A stretch of DNA of 64,000 nt from NCBI GenBank assembly GCA_963681965.1, contig OY820579.1, positions 4,160,001 to 4,224,000 of the forward strand, written 5' to 3'. The position numbers were made by a program, and so were the translations under genes. Source of the DNA: a bacterium. GTDB taxonomy: Bacteria > Electryoneota > JAOADG01. The number at the start of each line of letters is the position of its first letter. Within the stretch, counting starts at the first letter, position 1. The notes under the pieces are model-generated. The model was not told where the DNA came from and searched no databases. It worked only from the letters and a program-made list of their open reading frames with translations. This document shows, piece by piece, positions 29,053 to 38,518 of the stretch.

Positions 29053-29913
29053 TCAACAATACTCGCGAATCAATTCCTCGATCTGCATGCGAATCGGTTG
29101 TTGTTGATCCAAGGTAAAACCATCGACCGACTCTGTCGATTGCAACGTTCGACCATCGATTGCACCGCATTCGATCATTTCTCGCAGAAGCAGTTGCTCC
29201 AGTTCGCGATCGGGCAAGAGCGATCGCTTCAATTCCACGGTCAATCCCGCCAACACGCCCCACACGCCCCAATTCGATATGCCTGCGACAATCAAATGAT
29301 CGGTGGGTACCCGACAGGCAATGCGCGCACCGTGTGCAATACTCTGCTCGATCGCTTCGGGATTCAATTTGCCCATCCCGATTTCATTTCCACCATCGCC
29401 AATGCCGGTAGTGTTGATTCCCGCAGCCCGCGCAGCCTCGAAACACGATTCCAGCGAATAATACTGGTCGGTGACAGCATCGCCACTCATTGCATAGCAG
29501 ATCCCATCCATAGCCGGACCGACCCGCTCGATCGCGACCAGATGATCGACTTGATCGATTCGAAACTCGCGCCAATCAACCAATTCAAACGGTATTCGTA
29601 ACTGCGTTTGAAGCACTTCGAACAGCGATCGTGAAAATTGATCGCAGACAATTGTCGCTGTCCGCTCCAATCGTTGCCACGCCAACGCCAGTTCCAGAGC
29701 ACCGAGCGGACCGTCGGTTTCGCAGGCGAGCGCTGCACCGACTGGAAATCCGGTAATGATACCGAGTCGATTCGCACTCTTCAATTGCGCACAACTCCGT
29801 GCCAAATCGCCCGGACAGAGCAAACTGGCAACTCCGCGCGCACCCGGATCGGTAATTAGAATCTGTTCCAACTGATCGTAAAAATCTTGAGTAAGCATTG
29901 TCAACGCTACCAT
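29053..29913 (-). CDS. DUF4392 / D-glutamate cyclase-like protein
   Basis: DPGARG, IITGFP, ETDGPLG, IERVG, GIGDGGNEIGMG, SNWG, VDG. Confidence 0.85.
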   Translation of the reverse strand: MVALTMLTQDFYDQLEQILITDPGARGVASLLCPGDLARSCAQLKSANRLGIITGFPVGAALACETDGPLGALELALAWQRLERTATIVCDQFSRSLFEVLQTQLRIPFELVDWREFRIDQVDHLVAIERVGPAMDGICYAMSGDAVTDQYYSLESCFEAARAAGINTTGIGDGGNEIGMGKLNPEAIEQSIAHGARIACRVPTDHLIVAGISNWGVWGVLAGLTVELKRSLLPDRELEQLLLREMIECGAIDGRTLQSTESVDGFTLDQQQPIRMQIEELIREYC

Positions 29914-29966
29914 TCGTGGTTATCGTGCATAAAATCAAACAAATGTGGTAAATCAAACGCGTCATA

Positions 29967-29998
29967 GCTCGTATTATTCGAGCATATATTACGAATAA
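29967..29998. promoter_or_regulatory. Candidate operator (overlapping inverted repeats) in a divergent promoter region
   Basis: TTATTCG-N11-CGAATAA (29974-29998) and GCTCG-N7-CGAGC (29967-29983), beside a possible minus-strand TTGCAA-18-TACCTT promoter. Confidence 0.4.
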
Positions 29999-30238
29999 GG
30001 TAAACTATAACAAACAGGTATTGCAAGTGGATATTGCCGCTTTATCTGCGAAATTACCACACAAAGACGAATTATTGTTATCTTCAAAAAAGCATAATAT
30101 TCGCACCATTGGTTCGATCATTGCCGGTTGCATCACAACCGATCTTGCGGGAATTGACTTCTCGGCTAGACTGTGCAGTACGAAAATCGTACCGTGTATA
30201 GTGCGTTTGCCGACGTTGGTGTCGGTTGGGGAGAATTC

Positions 30239-33200
30239 ATGAATGTTCGGAAATATTTTTTATCAGGTTGGCTGATCCCGGTTATCATCTTGCTGTTTCA
30301 TACTTCGCTCTGGGCAATTCCAATCGCGAAACCGGACCGGATCTGGATCCGGCTCGATGCTGCGCTCTACCAGTCGCTTTCCAAAGCCGACCTCGATGTG
30401 ATTCCCTATCCGACCGGTGACAAGCAACTAGACGATGCCATGCGCCGTTACGGCGTCACGCAACTGGAACCGGTTTTCCGGCATCATGAAACCGCGCTGT
30501 CCGATCCCATTTTTTTAAAGCTCGGTATGGAGCGCGACTATCGTTTCATTGGCAGTAAAATTTCCAATGCGATCGATCCCGAACAACTCGCTACCGAACT
30601 GAAATCGCTCCCTGCCATCGAAGATGCCGCACCATTCTATTTCCGCGAAATCTGTTTTCAACCGAACGATTGGGCACTCAGCAGCCGCAATTCCTGGGGA
30701 CTCGATTCCTGTCATGCCCGGCAGGCATGGGATACGCAACGCGGCGACAGCACGCTGCTCGCACTCACGATCGATACCGGCGTCAATTACAATCACCCCG
30801 ATCTCTATCCCAATATCGCAGTAAATCCACTGGAGGACATCAATCACGACGGTCGGTACACGGCAGCCGACATCGACGGCATCGACAACGACGGTAACGG
30901 TTACATCGACGATGTCATCGGATACAATTTTGTCTCCTACATCCCGATGACAGGCGATACGATTGCTACCGGCGAGATCCTCGGACCGCGCAATGGCAAT
31001 CCGGTCGATGTAAACGGGCACGGTACCCATGTTTGCGGCATCCTCGCCGCCCGCACCAACAACGGCGTCGGTGTTGCATCGGTGAGTTTCAACATCAAGA
31101 CGATCTGTGTGAAAGCGAGCTTTGCCTATATCAGTGGCGGAGCGTTGCGGGGTGGCGGCTTCGACGACGATTTTATTGCCGCAATTCAATATGCGATCGA
31201 TCGCGGTGCGCGCATCATCAGTATCAGCACCGGTGGTTCGAGCACCACCGCGCTCTATCAAACGGCGGTTACCTATGCGCGAAGCCACAATTGCCTGGTG
31301 TTTGCGGCGGCAGGGAATAGCAATAATTCCACGAGAGTTTATCCTGCCGCACTCGATAGCGTCGTTGCCGTTGCGAATTTGGGAACGGGAAACATCCGCT
31401 CCTCATCGTCGAGTTACGGCACGTGGGTCGATCTTGCCGCTCCCGGTAATGGTATCTGGTCGACGCAAGCAAACAATAGTTATCACGCCGCCGATTACGC
31501 GACGATGTCCGGCACATCGATGGCGTCACCGATGGCGGCTGCTGTCGGAGCGCTGACGTTGTCGCGCCGCCCCACTATGTCGGCAGATACCCTGTTGGCA
31601 CTGCTGAAGCGGACTTCGACCAATGTCGATGCGATCAATCCGACATATGCCGGACGCCTTGGCAGCGGATTGGTCAATGCCGATTCCTCTGTTCGATCCG
31701 TGATTGCGACGCCGCTGCTGGTGACATATCCCAACGGCGGGGAGGCTTGGCAATCCAACTTCACGCGCGAGATCTATTGGTCAACTCAAACCGGTGTAGC
31801 GAATGTCGCGATTGAAATCGATCGCAATTATCCGTCGGGAATTTGGGAGACGATTGCCGCATCGACGCCGAATTCCGGTCGATATACGTGGCTCGTCACG
31901 ACACCGATCACGGCTTCAGCGCGCATCCGAATTCTGAATGTGGCGAATCCGGCAATCGGCGATACTTCCAATGCGAATTTTTCAATATCCCTGCCGGCGC
32001 TGATTTCAGTTTCACCGAATCCGCTCTCGGCAACGCTATTTGCCGGCGATACCTTGCGTCAAACCGTTACACTCACCAATACCGGTGGCGCGACACTATC
32101 GGCGACGCTGCCCGATACCGGTTGGACCTACTTGTATCAGACGTCGAACGATGCCGGTGGTCCTGTATTCGATTGGATCGATCCGACATCCGGTGCGGCT
32201 GGTCCGACGGGCGATGATGTACTCAGCGGTCCGTACTCATTGCCATTCACGTTCCCATTTTACGGACATTCTTATACACAAGCATGGTTCAGCACCAACG
32301 GGTGGCTTGCCTTCGATAACTACGGTGGTTCGGCGTATGCCAATGCGTCGCTGCCGTCGACCACCTTCAATACACTCATTGCGCCCTATTGGGACGATCT
32401 CAATGTCATCGGTTCGGGAGCGACTTATATCGTCACCGATAACATCACGCCACGTATGATTTTTGGTTGGTCGAATGTCAAGTCGGTTGCCGATTCCGGA
32501 TCGTCGCTGACCTTCGAGACGGTGCTTTATCCCGATGGTTCGATTCTGTTTCAGTATCGCACGATGTCGATATTAAGTCTCCCGTCGGCGACGGTGGGTT
32601 TGCAGAATGCCAGCCGCACGAAGTACTTGAATGTGGTGAATAATACCGCCGTATCATCGAATTTCGCGATTCTGTTTACACCGTCGGCTCCGTTTGCGAA
32701 GTGGTATTCGCAGTCATTTTCACTCGCACCGGGCAACAGCAGCAATATCGCCTTCACGTGGGATGCCCGGACTTTTTCTCCCGGCACGTTGCTGACTGGT
32801 ACGCTGACTTTTACGGGGAATGCCGGGAATGCGCCGTTTAATGTACCGTTGACGCTGAATGTCGTGAGTCGCTATCCACCGGCACTGCCGTCGGCATTAT
32901 CGATTTCCTTGCCGGCGGTAACATCCGATACGGTGCGTTTGAGTTGGAATGGGGTGCATGTAGATAGCGCGGGGAATCCGCTGCTGGTGCCGGTGAGCTA
33001 CCGGATCGAGCGACAGCTCGTCGACTCACTCACTTACACCAATTCGAATTGGAATACCCTGACGACGCTCTCCGATACGACTTACACTACCACGGCGCCG
33101 GCGACGCCATTCACCTGCTATCGTGTCCGTTCCGGGATTGTGATTTCCGCATCCGATGCGCTCGACGCGCCACCACATCCCATTCATTATCGTTGGGGAT

Positions 33201-33244
33201 TGCTGGAAGATGGACGAATAGACCCGCTACCCTCGCGAAAGTAA
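30239..33244 (+). CDS. Secreted S8 (subtilisin-like) serine peptidase with accessory Ig-like domains
   Basis: Signal peptide; catalytic triad IDTG, HGTHVCG, GTSMASP; AAAGN; DNDGNGYIDD Ca loop. Confidence 0.9.
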   Translation: MNVRKYFLSGWLIPVIILLFHTSLWAIPIAKPDRIWIRLDAALYQSLSKADLDVIPYPTGDKQLDDAMRRYGVTQLEPVFRHHETALSDPIFLKLGMERDYRFIGSKISNAIDPEQLATELKSLPAIEDAAPFYFREICFQPNDWALSSRNSWGLDSCHARQAWDTQRGDSTLLALTIDTGVNYNHPDLYPNIAVNPLEDINHDGRYTAADIDGIDNDGNGYIDDVIGYNFVSYIPMTGDTIATGEILGPRNGNPVDVNGHGTHVCGILAARTNNGVGVASVSFNIKTICVKASFAYISGGALRGGGFDDDFIAAIQYAIDRGARIISISTGGSSTTALYQTAVTYARSHNCLVFAAAGNSNNSTRVYPAALDSVVAVANLGTGNIRSSSSSYGTWVDLAAPGNGIWSTQANNSYHAADYATMSGTSMASPMAAAVGALTLSRRPTMSADTLLALLKRTSTNVDAINPTYAGRLGSGLVNADSSVRSVIATPLLVTYPNGGEAWQSNFTREIYWSTQTGVANVAIEIDRNYPSGIWETIAASTPNSGRYTWLVTTPITASARIRILNVANPAIGDTSNANFSISLPALISVSPNPLSATLFAGDTLRQTVTLTNTGGATLSATLPDTGWTYLYQTSNDAGGPVFDWIDPTSGAAGPTGDDVLSGPYSLPFTFPFYGHSYTQAWFSTNGWLAFDNYGGSAYANASLPSTTFNTLIAPYWDDLNVIGSGATYIVTDNITPRMIFGWSNVKSVADSGSSLTFETVLYPDGSILFQYRTMSILSLPSATVGLQNASRTKYLNVVNNTAVSSNFAILFTPSAPFAKWYSQSFSLAPGNSSNIAFTWDARTFSPGTLLTGTLTFTGNAGNAPFNVPLTLNVVSRYPPALPSALSISLPAVTSDTVRLSWNGVHVDSAGNPLLVPVSYRIERQLVDSLTYTNSNWNTLTTLSDTTYTTTAPATPFTCYRVRSGIVISASDALDAPPHPIHYRWGLLEDGRIDPLPSRK

Positions 33245-33265
33245 TTCACAGCATCAACTATAATT

Positions 33266-33432
33266 TGGGCGACCATCCGCGGTCGCCCGATCTTTTTCTT
33301 TTTGGTAGGGGCGGTTCGCGAACCGCCCGTATCTTGTGTCTATTATTAAGCAGTATTGCCCAACTCCGATTGGGCGTTATTATTGTATCCTGTTCTGTCG
33401 TTGCGAACTAAACGCAGCGTAGTGTGGCAACC
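33266..33432 (+). repeat. REP-like hairpin cluster
   Basis: GGGCGACCATCCGCGGTCGCCC, GTAGGGGCGGTTCGCGAACCGCCC, GCAGTATTGCCCAACTCCGATTGGGC, TGTCGTTGCGAA...GTGGCAACC. Confidence 0.8.
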
Positions 33433-33547
33433 TACTCTTTTTTATCTTTTTCACCGATCTCTTATATTCGAGAGCATGTTCCTTGCACAACCAGAACACA
33501 TCCCCTTCCGGTGTCTCGGCAAAATAAATTACCACTTCAGTGAATTA

Positions 33548-33829
33548 CTATTTTCTTCTCCATAAGACTACCTCAATCACGAACAGGATACCAAACACAA
33601 CAATTAAACCCCAATGAATCAGTTTTCCGCCAGCAACCACCTTCCCTGAACGTTTCTGCTTTTCGAGATGGCGATTCCAGAATTGATCGAGAAGCAGAAC
33701 AAACCATCCTGCACTTAAAAAATAGCATTCGCTAAACAGGAACATAACCACAAAAAATAAAATCGATGTCATCATCCATTGCTTATTCTGTTCTTTTTTT
33801 ACGGATTCTTCGTGCTCTTTCTGTTCCAT
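33548..33829 (-). CDS. Small hypothetical membrane protein
   Basis: 93-aa ORF with 2-3 hydrophobic segments, downstream of the DUF92 gene. Confidence 0.5.
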   Translation of the reverse strand: MEQKEHEESVKKEQNKQWMMTSILFFVVMFLFSECYFLSAGWFVLLLDQFWNRHLEKQKRSGKVVAGGKLIHWGLIVVFGILFVIEVVLWRRK

Positions 33830-33849
33830 AGTGACACCTATCAGTATGT

Positions 33850-34662
33850 TTAGAATTTCAAGTGACATTGTAATAGAATCACCACCACCACCGTACACAC
33901 CAAATTGACTCCCGCATTGCTGAGTGGCAGTCCGTGGATCCGCTCGCCGATCGTGTCGCAGTGCCGTCGGCGCTCGCTAATCAACCTGCACTTCGGACAG
34001 CGATACGTCGCCTGAACCGTCGCACCAAGCAGTGAGTCGAGTAAATTTCCGCCAAATCCGAGCAGTGACAACAGTCGTTCCGAGCCCGGCGGAAGGATTT
34101 TCCATTGTACCGCACACCATGCAAACAGCACCGCCGCAACACCACCGATTGCGAGTCCGAACAGCGTCACGCCCCCGCTCATCCCCGCTTCCAGCCGCTT
34201 CCCGAACAGCAGCCAGCGCGGTGTACCACCGTAACGACTCCCGAGTTCCGCCGAAATCGTATCGGAAAATGCTGTCGTCAGCGATGCCACCAGTCCCGCC
34301 AACAACCCGCGCAGAATCATCGGATCGGTGACGATCGGCAGCGACAAGAGTAGCGCGCAAACCCCCGCCGCACCAGTCGTTGCCGCCACTTGCCAAGCTG
34401 TCCGCGCACCGTGTTGATCCGCGGCTTGCGTGTTGTTTCGGTTCGGTAACTGCGACAATACCCCGCCAGTAGCGACAAACAGCGCGAGCAATCCGAGTAG
34501 CGGCAATCCTCCGGCAAACATCATCACTACCGCGACGATCGCACCTACCACTGCACCACCCGGTGTCACCGCTTTCAAGCGGAATGCTGCAGTTCCCAGC
34601 ACGCCACCGATGAGCAACGCGAGCCACCAAATATGCGCAAATAGATTCGATTCAGGATTCAC
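33850..34662 (-). CDS. DUF92 (TMEM19-like) membrane protein
   Basis: GARTAWQVAA, SDTISAELG, GMSGGVT, LDSLLGATVQA, CxxC, NAGVN; start uncertain because the upstream ORF extension runs through REP DNA. Confidence 0.85.
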   Translation of the reverse strand: MNPESNLFAHIWWLALLIGGVLGTAAFRLKAVTPGGAVVGAIVAVVMMFAGGLPLLGLLALFVATGGVLSQLPNRNNTQAADQHGARTAWQVAATTGAAGVCALLLSLPIVTDPMILRGLLAGLVASLTTAFSDTISAELGSRYGGTPRWLLFGKRLEAGMSGGVTLFGLAIGGVAAVLFAWCAVQWKILPPGSERLLSLLGFGGNLLDSLLGATVQATYRCPKCRLISERRRHCDTIGERIHGLPLSNAGVNLVCTVVVVILLQCHLKF

Positions 34663-34694
34663 AGACGACCAAGAGAATATTGGACACAAGAGGA

Positions 34695-34770
34695 TCGCAG
34701 ACTCGGAGGTCTGCGCCACCAACAAAAAACAATGCAAAGAAAAAACGGGGCGCAAATCATACGCCCCGCT
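34695..34770 (-). repeat. Two REP-like hairpins
   Basis: Minus strand GTGG-CGCAGAC-CTCCGA-GTCTGCG and GGGGCGTATGATTTGCGCCCC. Confidence 0.7.
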
Positions 34771-34789
34771 GTCTTCATGCGATACCTGT

Positions 34790-35131
34790 TTACTTGACCG
34801 CCTGCAGCGCCTCTTCCATCGTTTTGCAGATCGTGAATACCGACGAAAGATGGCTGATGTCGAGCAGTTCCTGAATATCGGCGGGAACCCGCGTCAGCGC
34901 CATCGTCGCGCCAGCCGAGCGAGTCGACGTCAAAGCGCCGGCGAGTGCACCGATACCGGTGGAATTCATCCACTGCACTTGCAGCAAATCAAGTACCAAG
35001 TGATTACTGCCGTGCATCAATTCGCCGCGAATCAAATCGAGCAATTGCTGATTTTCGTTGCCACCCATCCATTTGCCGGCGAGTGCAATCACCATCACGT
35101 TGCCCTGTTTGCTGGTGGATATCATGTTCAT
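34790..35131 (-). CDS. STAS-domain anti-sigma factor antagonist
   Basis: LVLDL..V.WMNSTGIGAL phosphoserine motif; AGGAG RBS. Confidence 0.88.
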   Translation of the reverse strand: MNMISTSKQGNVMVIALAGKWMGGNENQQLLDLIRGELMHGSNHLVLDLLQVQWMNSTGIGALAGALTSTRSAGATMALTRVPADIQELLDISHLSSVFTICKTMEEALQAVK

Positions 35132-35289
35132 TTCGTGGTCTCCTGGATTCGAGTTCGGATTAGAGTATCTACAACTCTCATAAAATAGGATTGCAGACAC
35201 CATCCGCACAATTGTATTTTGAAAAAAAGGTTTTTTCACGAAAGTTTCCAAGAACAAACCGGGAATTCGTGAGACTGGGAGGTCCGATA

Positions 35290-37731
35290 ATGATACGTAC
35301 GAGTTTCGCCGCGTTGTGGCGGCAACTGCGCTGGGCGCTGGCAATCGGTCTATTAGCGGCATCATCGCTGGCGGCTCCGGTAACTGTTAATTTGAACGAT
35401 GCACAGCGCTACCGGTTTAAAATCGACCATAAGACCTTGGTCGGTCTCGAACGCAATATTGCCGGAATTATCCTAGATGAATCCACGAGTTATGACGAAG
35501 CGGTGGTCTGGGCGACCCCGACCGGACTAGCGAACCTCCAAGCTGCCGGTATCATCCCGATCCCTGCTCCCCTCCCGACCCCCACGGAGGATGAGTGGAC
35601 CGCTTACCCGACCATTCCGCAAATCGTCGATTCACTTCGGGCAATCAACCTCCGACACCCGCAGTCGACGCACGTCGATACCATCGGCTTTTCCGGGAGC
35701 CACCGCCCACTGGTCGCAATCACAATCGGCAACAACATCAGTTCACCCGATTTCAACAATAAACCGGCGATCATGCTGATTAGTACCGTGCATGGCAATG
35801 AAAAGCCCGGCACTCCGATCCTGATCAACTTTGCCAATTGGCTGCTCGATTCCTCCAATGTCGACCCCCGACTGGCACGAATGCTTTCCGAGTGCCGTGT
35901 CTATCTCCTACCGTTGTTTAATCCCGACGGCTATACTACCAATACCCGGGGGAATGCCGCAGGAATTGACATCAATCGCAATTTCCCGTGCAAAACTCCA
36001 CTCACTGGCGGTGTGTGGGATTCACTTGATTCTCCGACCGGACGTGCTGTCGAAACCCAAGTCATGATGGCATGGACGCATGCCGTCAAACCAATGCTGG
36101 CACTCAATTTCCACACCGGTGCCACCGTTGTCAACTATCCGCTCGACAGCGATCTCGATGGTAGTGCGCTGACCGTCTATCCGCTTCAGCCGGATAAAAA
36201 ATGGTTCATCGCCGCCGCCGATTCTTATGCCGTGCATAATGCGCCGCTTTATGCGAACAACACCTCGGGATTTCATCACGGTACCGTCAATGGCGCCGAA
36301 TGGTATCAGATCACCGGCGGATTGCAGGACTATCAGTACCGGTTCCACAACTGTCGACACATGACAATCGAACTCTGTAATCAACAACCACCGCCAATTG
36401 CAAATGTTGCCGCGCTCTGGAATGAAAACAAATTCTCAATTCTGGCATATTGCTCGCTGATCTGGCAAGGGGTCGATGTCACGGTTTCGAATGCGACTGC
36501 CGTCGATACTACGACTTACGGCGATCTTGGCTTCGGGACTCCGCATTACGTCAGGCTCGGGTCATTGCCATCATTTCGCTTTCTGTTACCGCCGGGTACG
36601 CATACCCCGCGAATTTATCACCCTTATAACGGTTCGACGTGGCAGGATTCGCTCTATCCAATCGTGAATTCGAATGAAGTATCGATCGCTGCTGCTGCGC
36701 TTCATGCGCCGGTAAGCGGCACGCTCGGCATCCGCAATACCGACCGGTCGTTACATCGGTATGCCGATTCGGTGCTCTGTTCCCCGTACGAAGATGCGCC
36801 CGAGCATTGGTTCAATCAAAATGCCGGTGGTGGATCCGGAACCATCGATAGCAGCGCGCGCTACAATCTGAATGAGCGCAACTGGCTGTTGCAAAGTTAT
36901 GAACCCGACGGTTTTTACTTTCCGCTCTTGTGCGACAAAATGGCGTATCACGATGGCGAAGTTGAATTGACAACGGTCATCGATACAGTGAATAATTTTT
37001 CCGATTCGCAATTGCGCGGTACCGGAACGGCGTTGCAATACACCGATAATGGACGCGATGGCGGCGGGGCGTCCGATTCGCCCACCGGGAATTACACCAA
37101 CAATTTGAACAACACCTATACCTTCGGTCCTTATCCTCTGCAGGGAAATCGATTTGAAGGGTATTCGATGGCGCGGTTTTCCTTCTCCTATACCGGCAAC
37201 ATGGAGAAGGGGGGCGATTATTGGATTTTGTCAGTACAGCGCGATAACGGTCCATTCGTTGCAGTGGATACGTTAACCGGAATTTTTCCCGATTGGCAAG
37301 TGTGGTACAATGATCTTCCGACTGACGGCATCACCTCGTTGTCGTTCCGAATCACCGTTCACAGCGACGGTTCGGTCGTGCGCGATGGCTATACGATGGA
37401 TGATCTGACACTCACTGAATCGCATGTCGAATTTGCGATTCAAGCGCCGGAAGCGCGCAGCGAGTTGCCGCATAAATTTGCGTTATCCAGCTACCCGAAT
37501 CCATTCAACAATTCGACCCGAATTTCACTCTCATTGCCGGAAGACGGTGTGGCGAAATTGGCACTATTCGATCTGCTTGGTCGAGAAGTCGCTGTGCTTC
37601 AAAACGGTTGGCTCAGGGGTGGAACACACACCTTCTCGCTAAACGGGACAACATTGGCAGCCGGCGTCTATTTCCTTCGGGCACAGCAGGGAAATCGGAT
37701 TCATTCGCAGAAGATCGCGCTGGTGAAGTAA
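35290..37731 (+). CDS. Secreted M14 zinc carboxypeptidase with T9SS-type C-terminal domain
   Basis: HGNE, NPDG, DINRNF, LNFHTG, TIEL; C-terminal YPNPFN...GVYFLR...KIALVK. Confidence 0.88.
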   Translation: MIRTSFAALWRQLRWALAIGLLAASSLAAPVTVNLNDAQRYRFKIDHKTLVGLERNIAGIILDESTSYDEAVVWATPTGLANLQAAGIIPIPAPLPTPTEDEWTAYPTIPQIVDSLRAINLRHPQSTHVDTIGFSGSHRPLVAITIGNNISSPDFNNKPAIMLISTVHGNEKPGTPILINFANWLLDSSNVDPRLARMLSECRVYLLPLFNPDGYTTNTRGNAAGIDINRNFPCKTPLTGGVWDSLDSPTGRAVETQVMMAWTHAVKPMLALNFHTGATVVNYPLDSDLDGSALTVYPLQPDKKWFIAAADSYAVHNAPLYANNTSGFHHGTVNGAEWYQITGGLQDYQYRFHNCRHMTIELCNQQPPPIANVAALWNENKFSILAYCSLIWQGVDVTVSNATAVDTTTYGDLGFGTPHYVRLGSLPSFRFLLPPGTHTPRIYHPYNGSTWQDSLYPIVNSNEVSIAAAALHAPVSGTLGIRNTDRSLHRYADSVLCSPYEDAPEHWFNQNAGGGSGTIDSSARYNLNERNWLLQSYEPDGFYFPLLCDKMAYHDGEVELTTVIDTVNNFSDSQLRGTGTALQYTDNGRDGGGASDSPTGNYTNNLNNTYTFGPYPLQGNRFEGYSMARFSFSYTGNMEKGGDYWILSVQRDNGPFVAVDTLTGIFPDWQVWYNDLPTDGITSLSFRITVHSDGSVVRDGYTMDDLTLTESHVEFAIQAPEARSELPHKFALSSYPNPFNNSTRISLSLPEDGVAKLALFDLLGREVAVLQNGWLRGGTHTFSLNGTTLAAGVYFLRAQQGNRIHSQKIALVK

Positions 37732-37754
37732 CATCTTTCCATAATTCTCTGCTG

Positions 37755-38490
37755 TAGAAACTCTTGATAATGAGTTGTTATCGGTAGTAGGGGCGACCCT
37801 CCGCGGTCGCCCGTTCTTGTACCATTTTCATCTTTTCCCACTACCCACTACCTACCACCCAATCCCTATCTTTTCGGTGGCGCAGGCCTCCGAGCCTGCG
37901 ATTCTTCTTTTCCGTAGGTCGGAATTTATTCCGACTCCTTTTTTTTTATTTTGGTAGGGGCGGTTCGCGAACCGCCCGTTCTTATATCATTTTCATCTTT
38001 TCCCACTACCCACTACCTACCACCCAATCCCTATCTTTTCGGTGGCGCAGGCCTCCGAGCCTGCGATTCTTCTTTTCCGTAGGTCGGAATTTATTCCGAC
38101 TCCTTTTTTTTTATTTTGGTAGGGGCGGTTCGCGAACCGCCCGTTCTTATATCATTTTTATCTTTTCCCACTACCCACTACCTAATACCCAATCCCTATC
38201 TTTTCGGTGGCGCAGGCCTCCGAGCCTGCGATTCTTCTTTTCCGTAGGTCGGAATTTATTCCGACTCCTTTTTTTTTATTTTGGTAGGGGCGGTTCGCGA
38301 ACCGCCCGTTCTTATATCATTTTTATCTTTTCACACCACCCACCACCAAAAGAGTGCGTCAGGCGCTGCCTGACGCTTCGGGCGTATGCCATACGCCCCT
38401 ACGAAAAAAATGTAAGCCCCCCGCGCCCGCCCGATCCTGTACCCTGATTTGTATTTTACGAAAATGGCGGACAAATTGTCCGCCACCATG
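37755..38490. repeat. MITE left end + 3.2 x 165-bp tandem REP composite + inverted hairpins
   Basis: GGTGGCGCAGG at 37876, 38041 and 38206 (period 165); minus-strand hairpins at 38356-38490. Confidence 0.9.
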
Positions 38491-38518
38491 AAGCACCACT
38501 TGAATCTGATAGGTCACC

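Noticed and set aside
37808-38333. Tandem arrays here and at 56455-56597 and 60884-61520 as CRISPR arrays
   Set aside because: The inter-repeat sequences are themselves repeated (no unique spacers), unit sizes do not fit, and no cas genes are present
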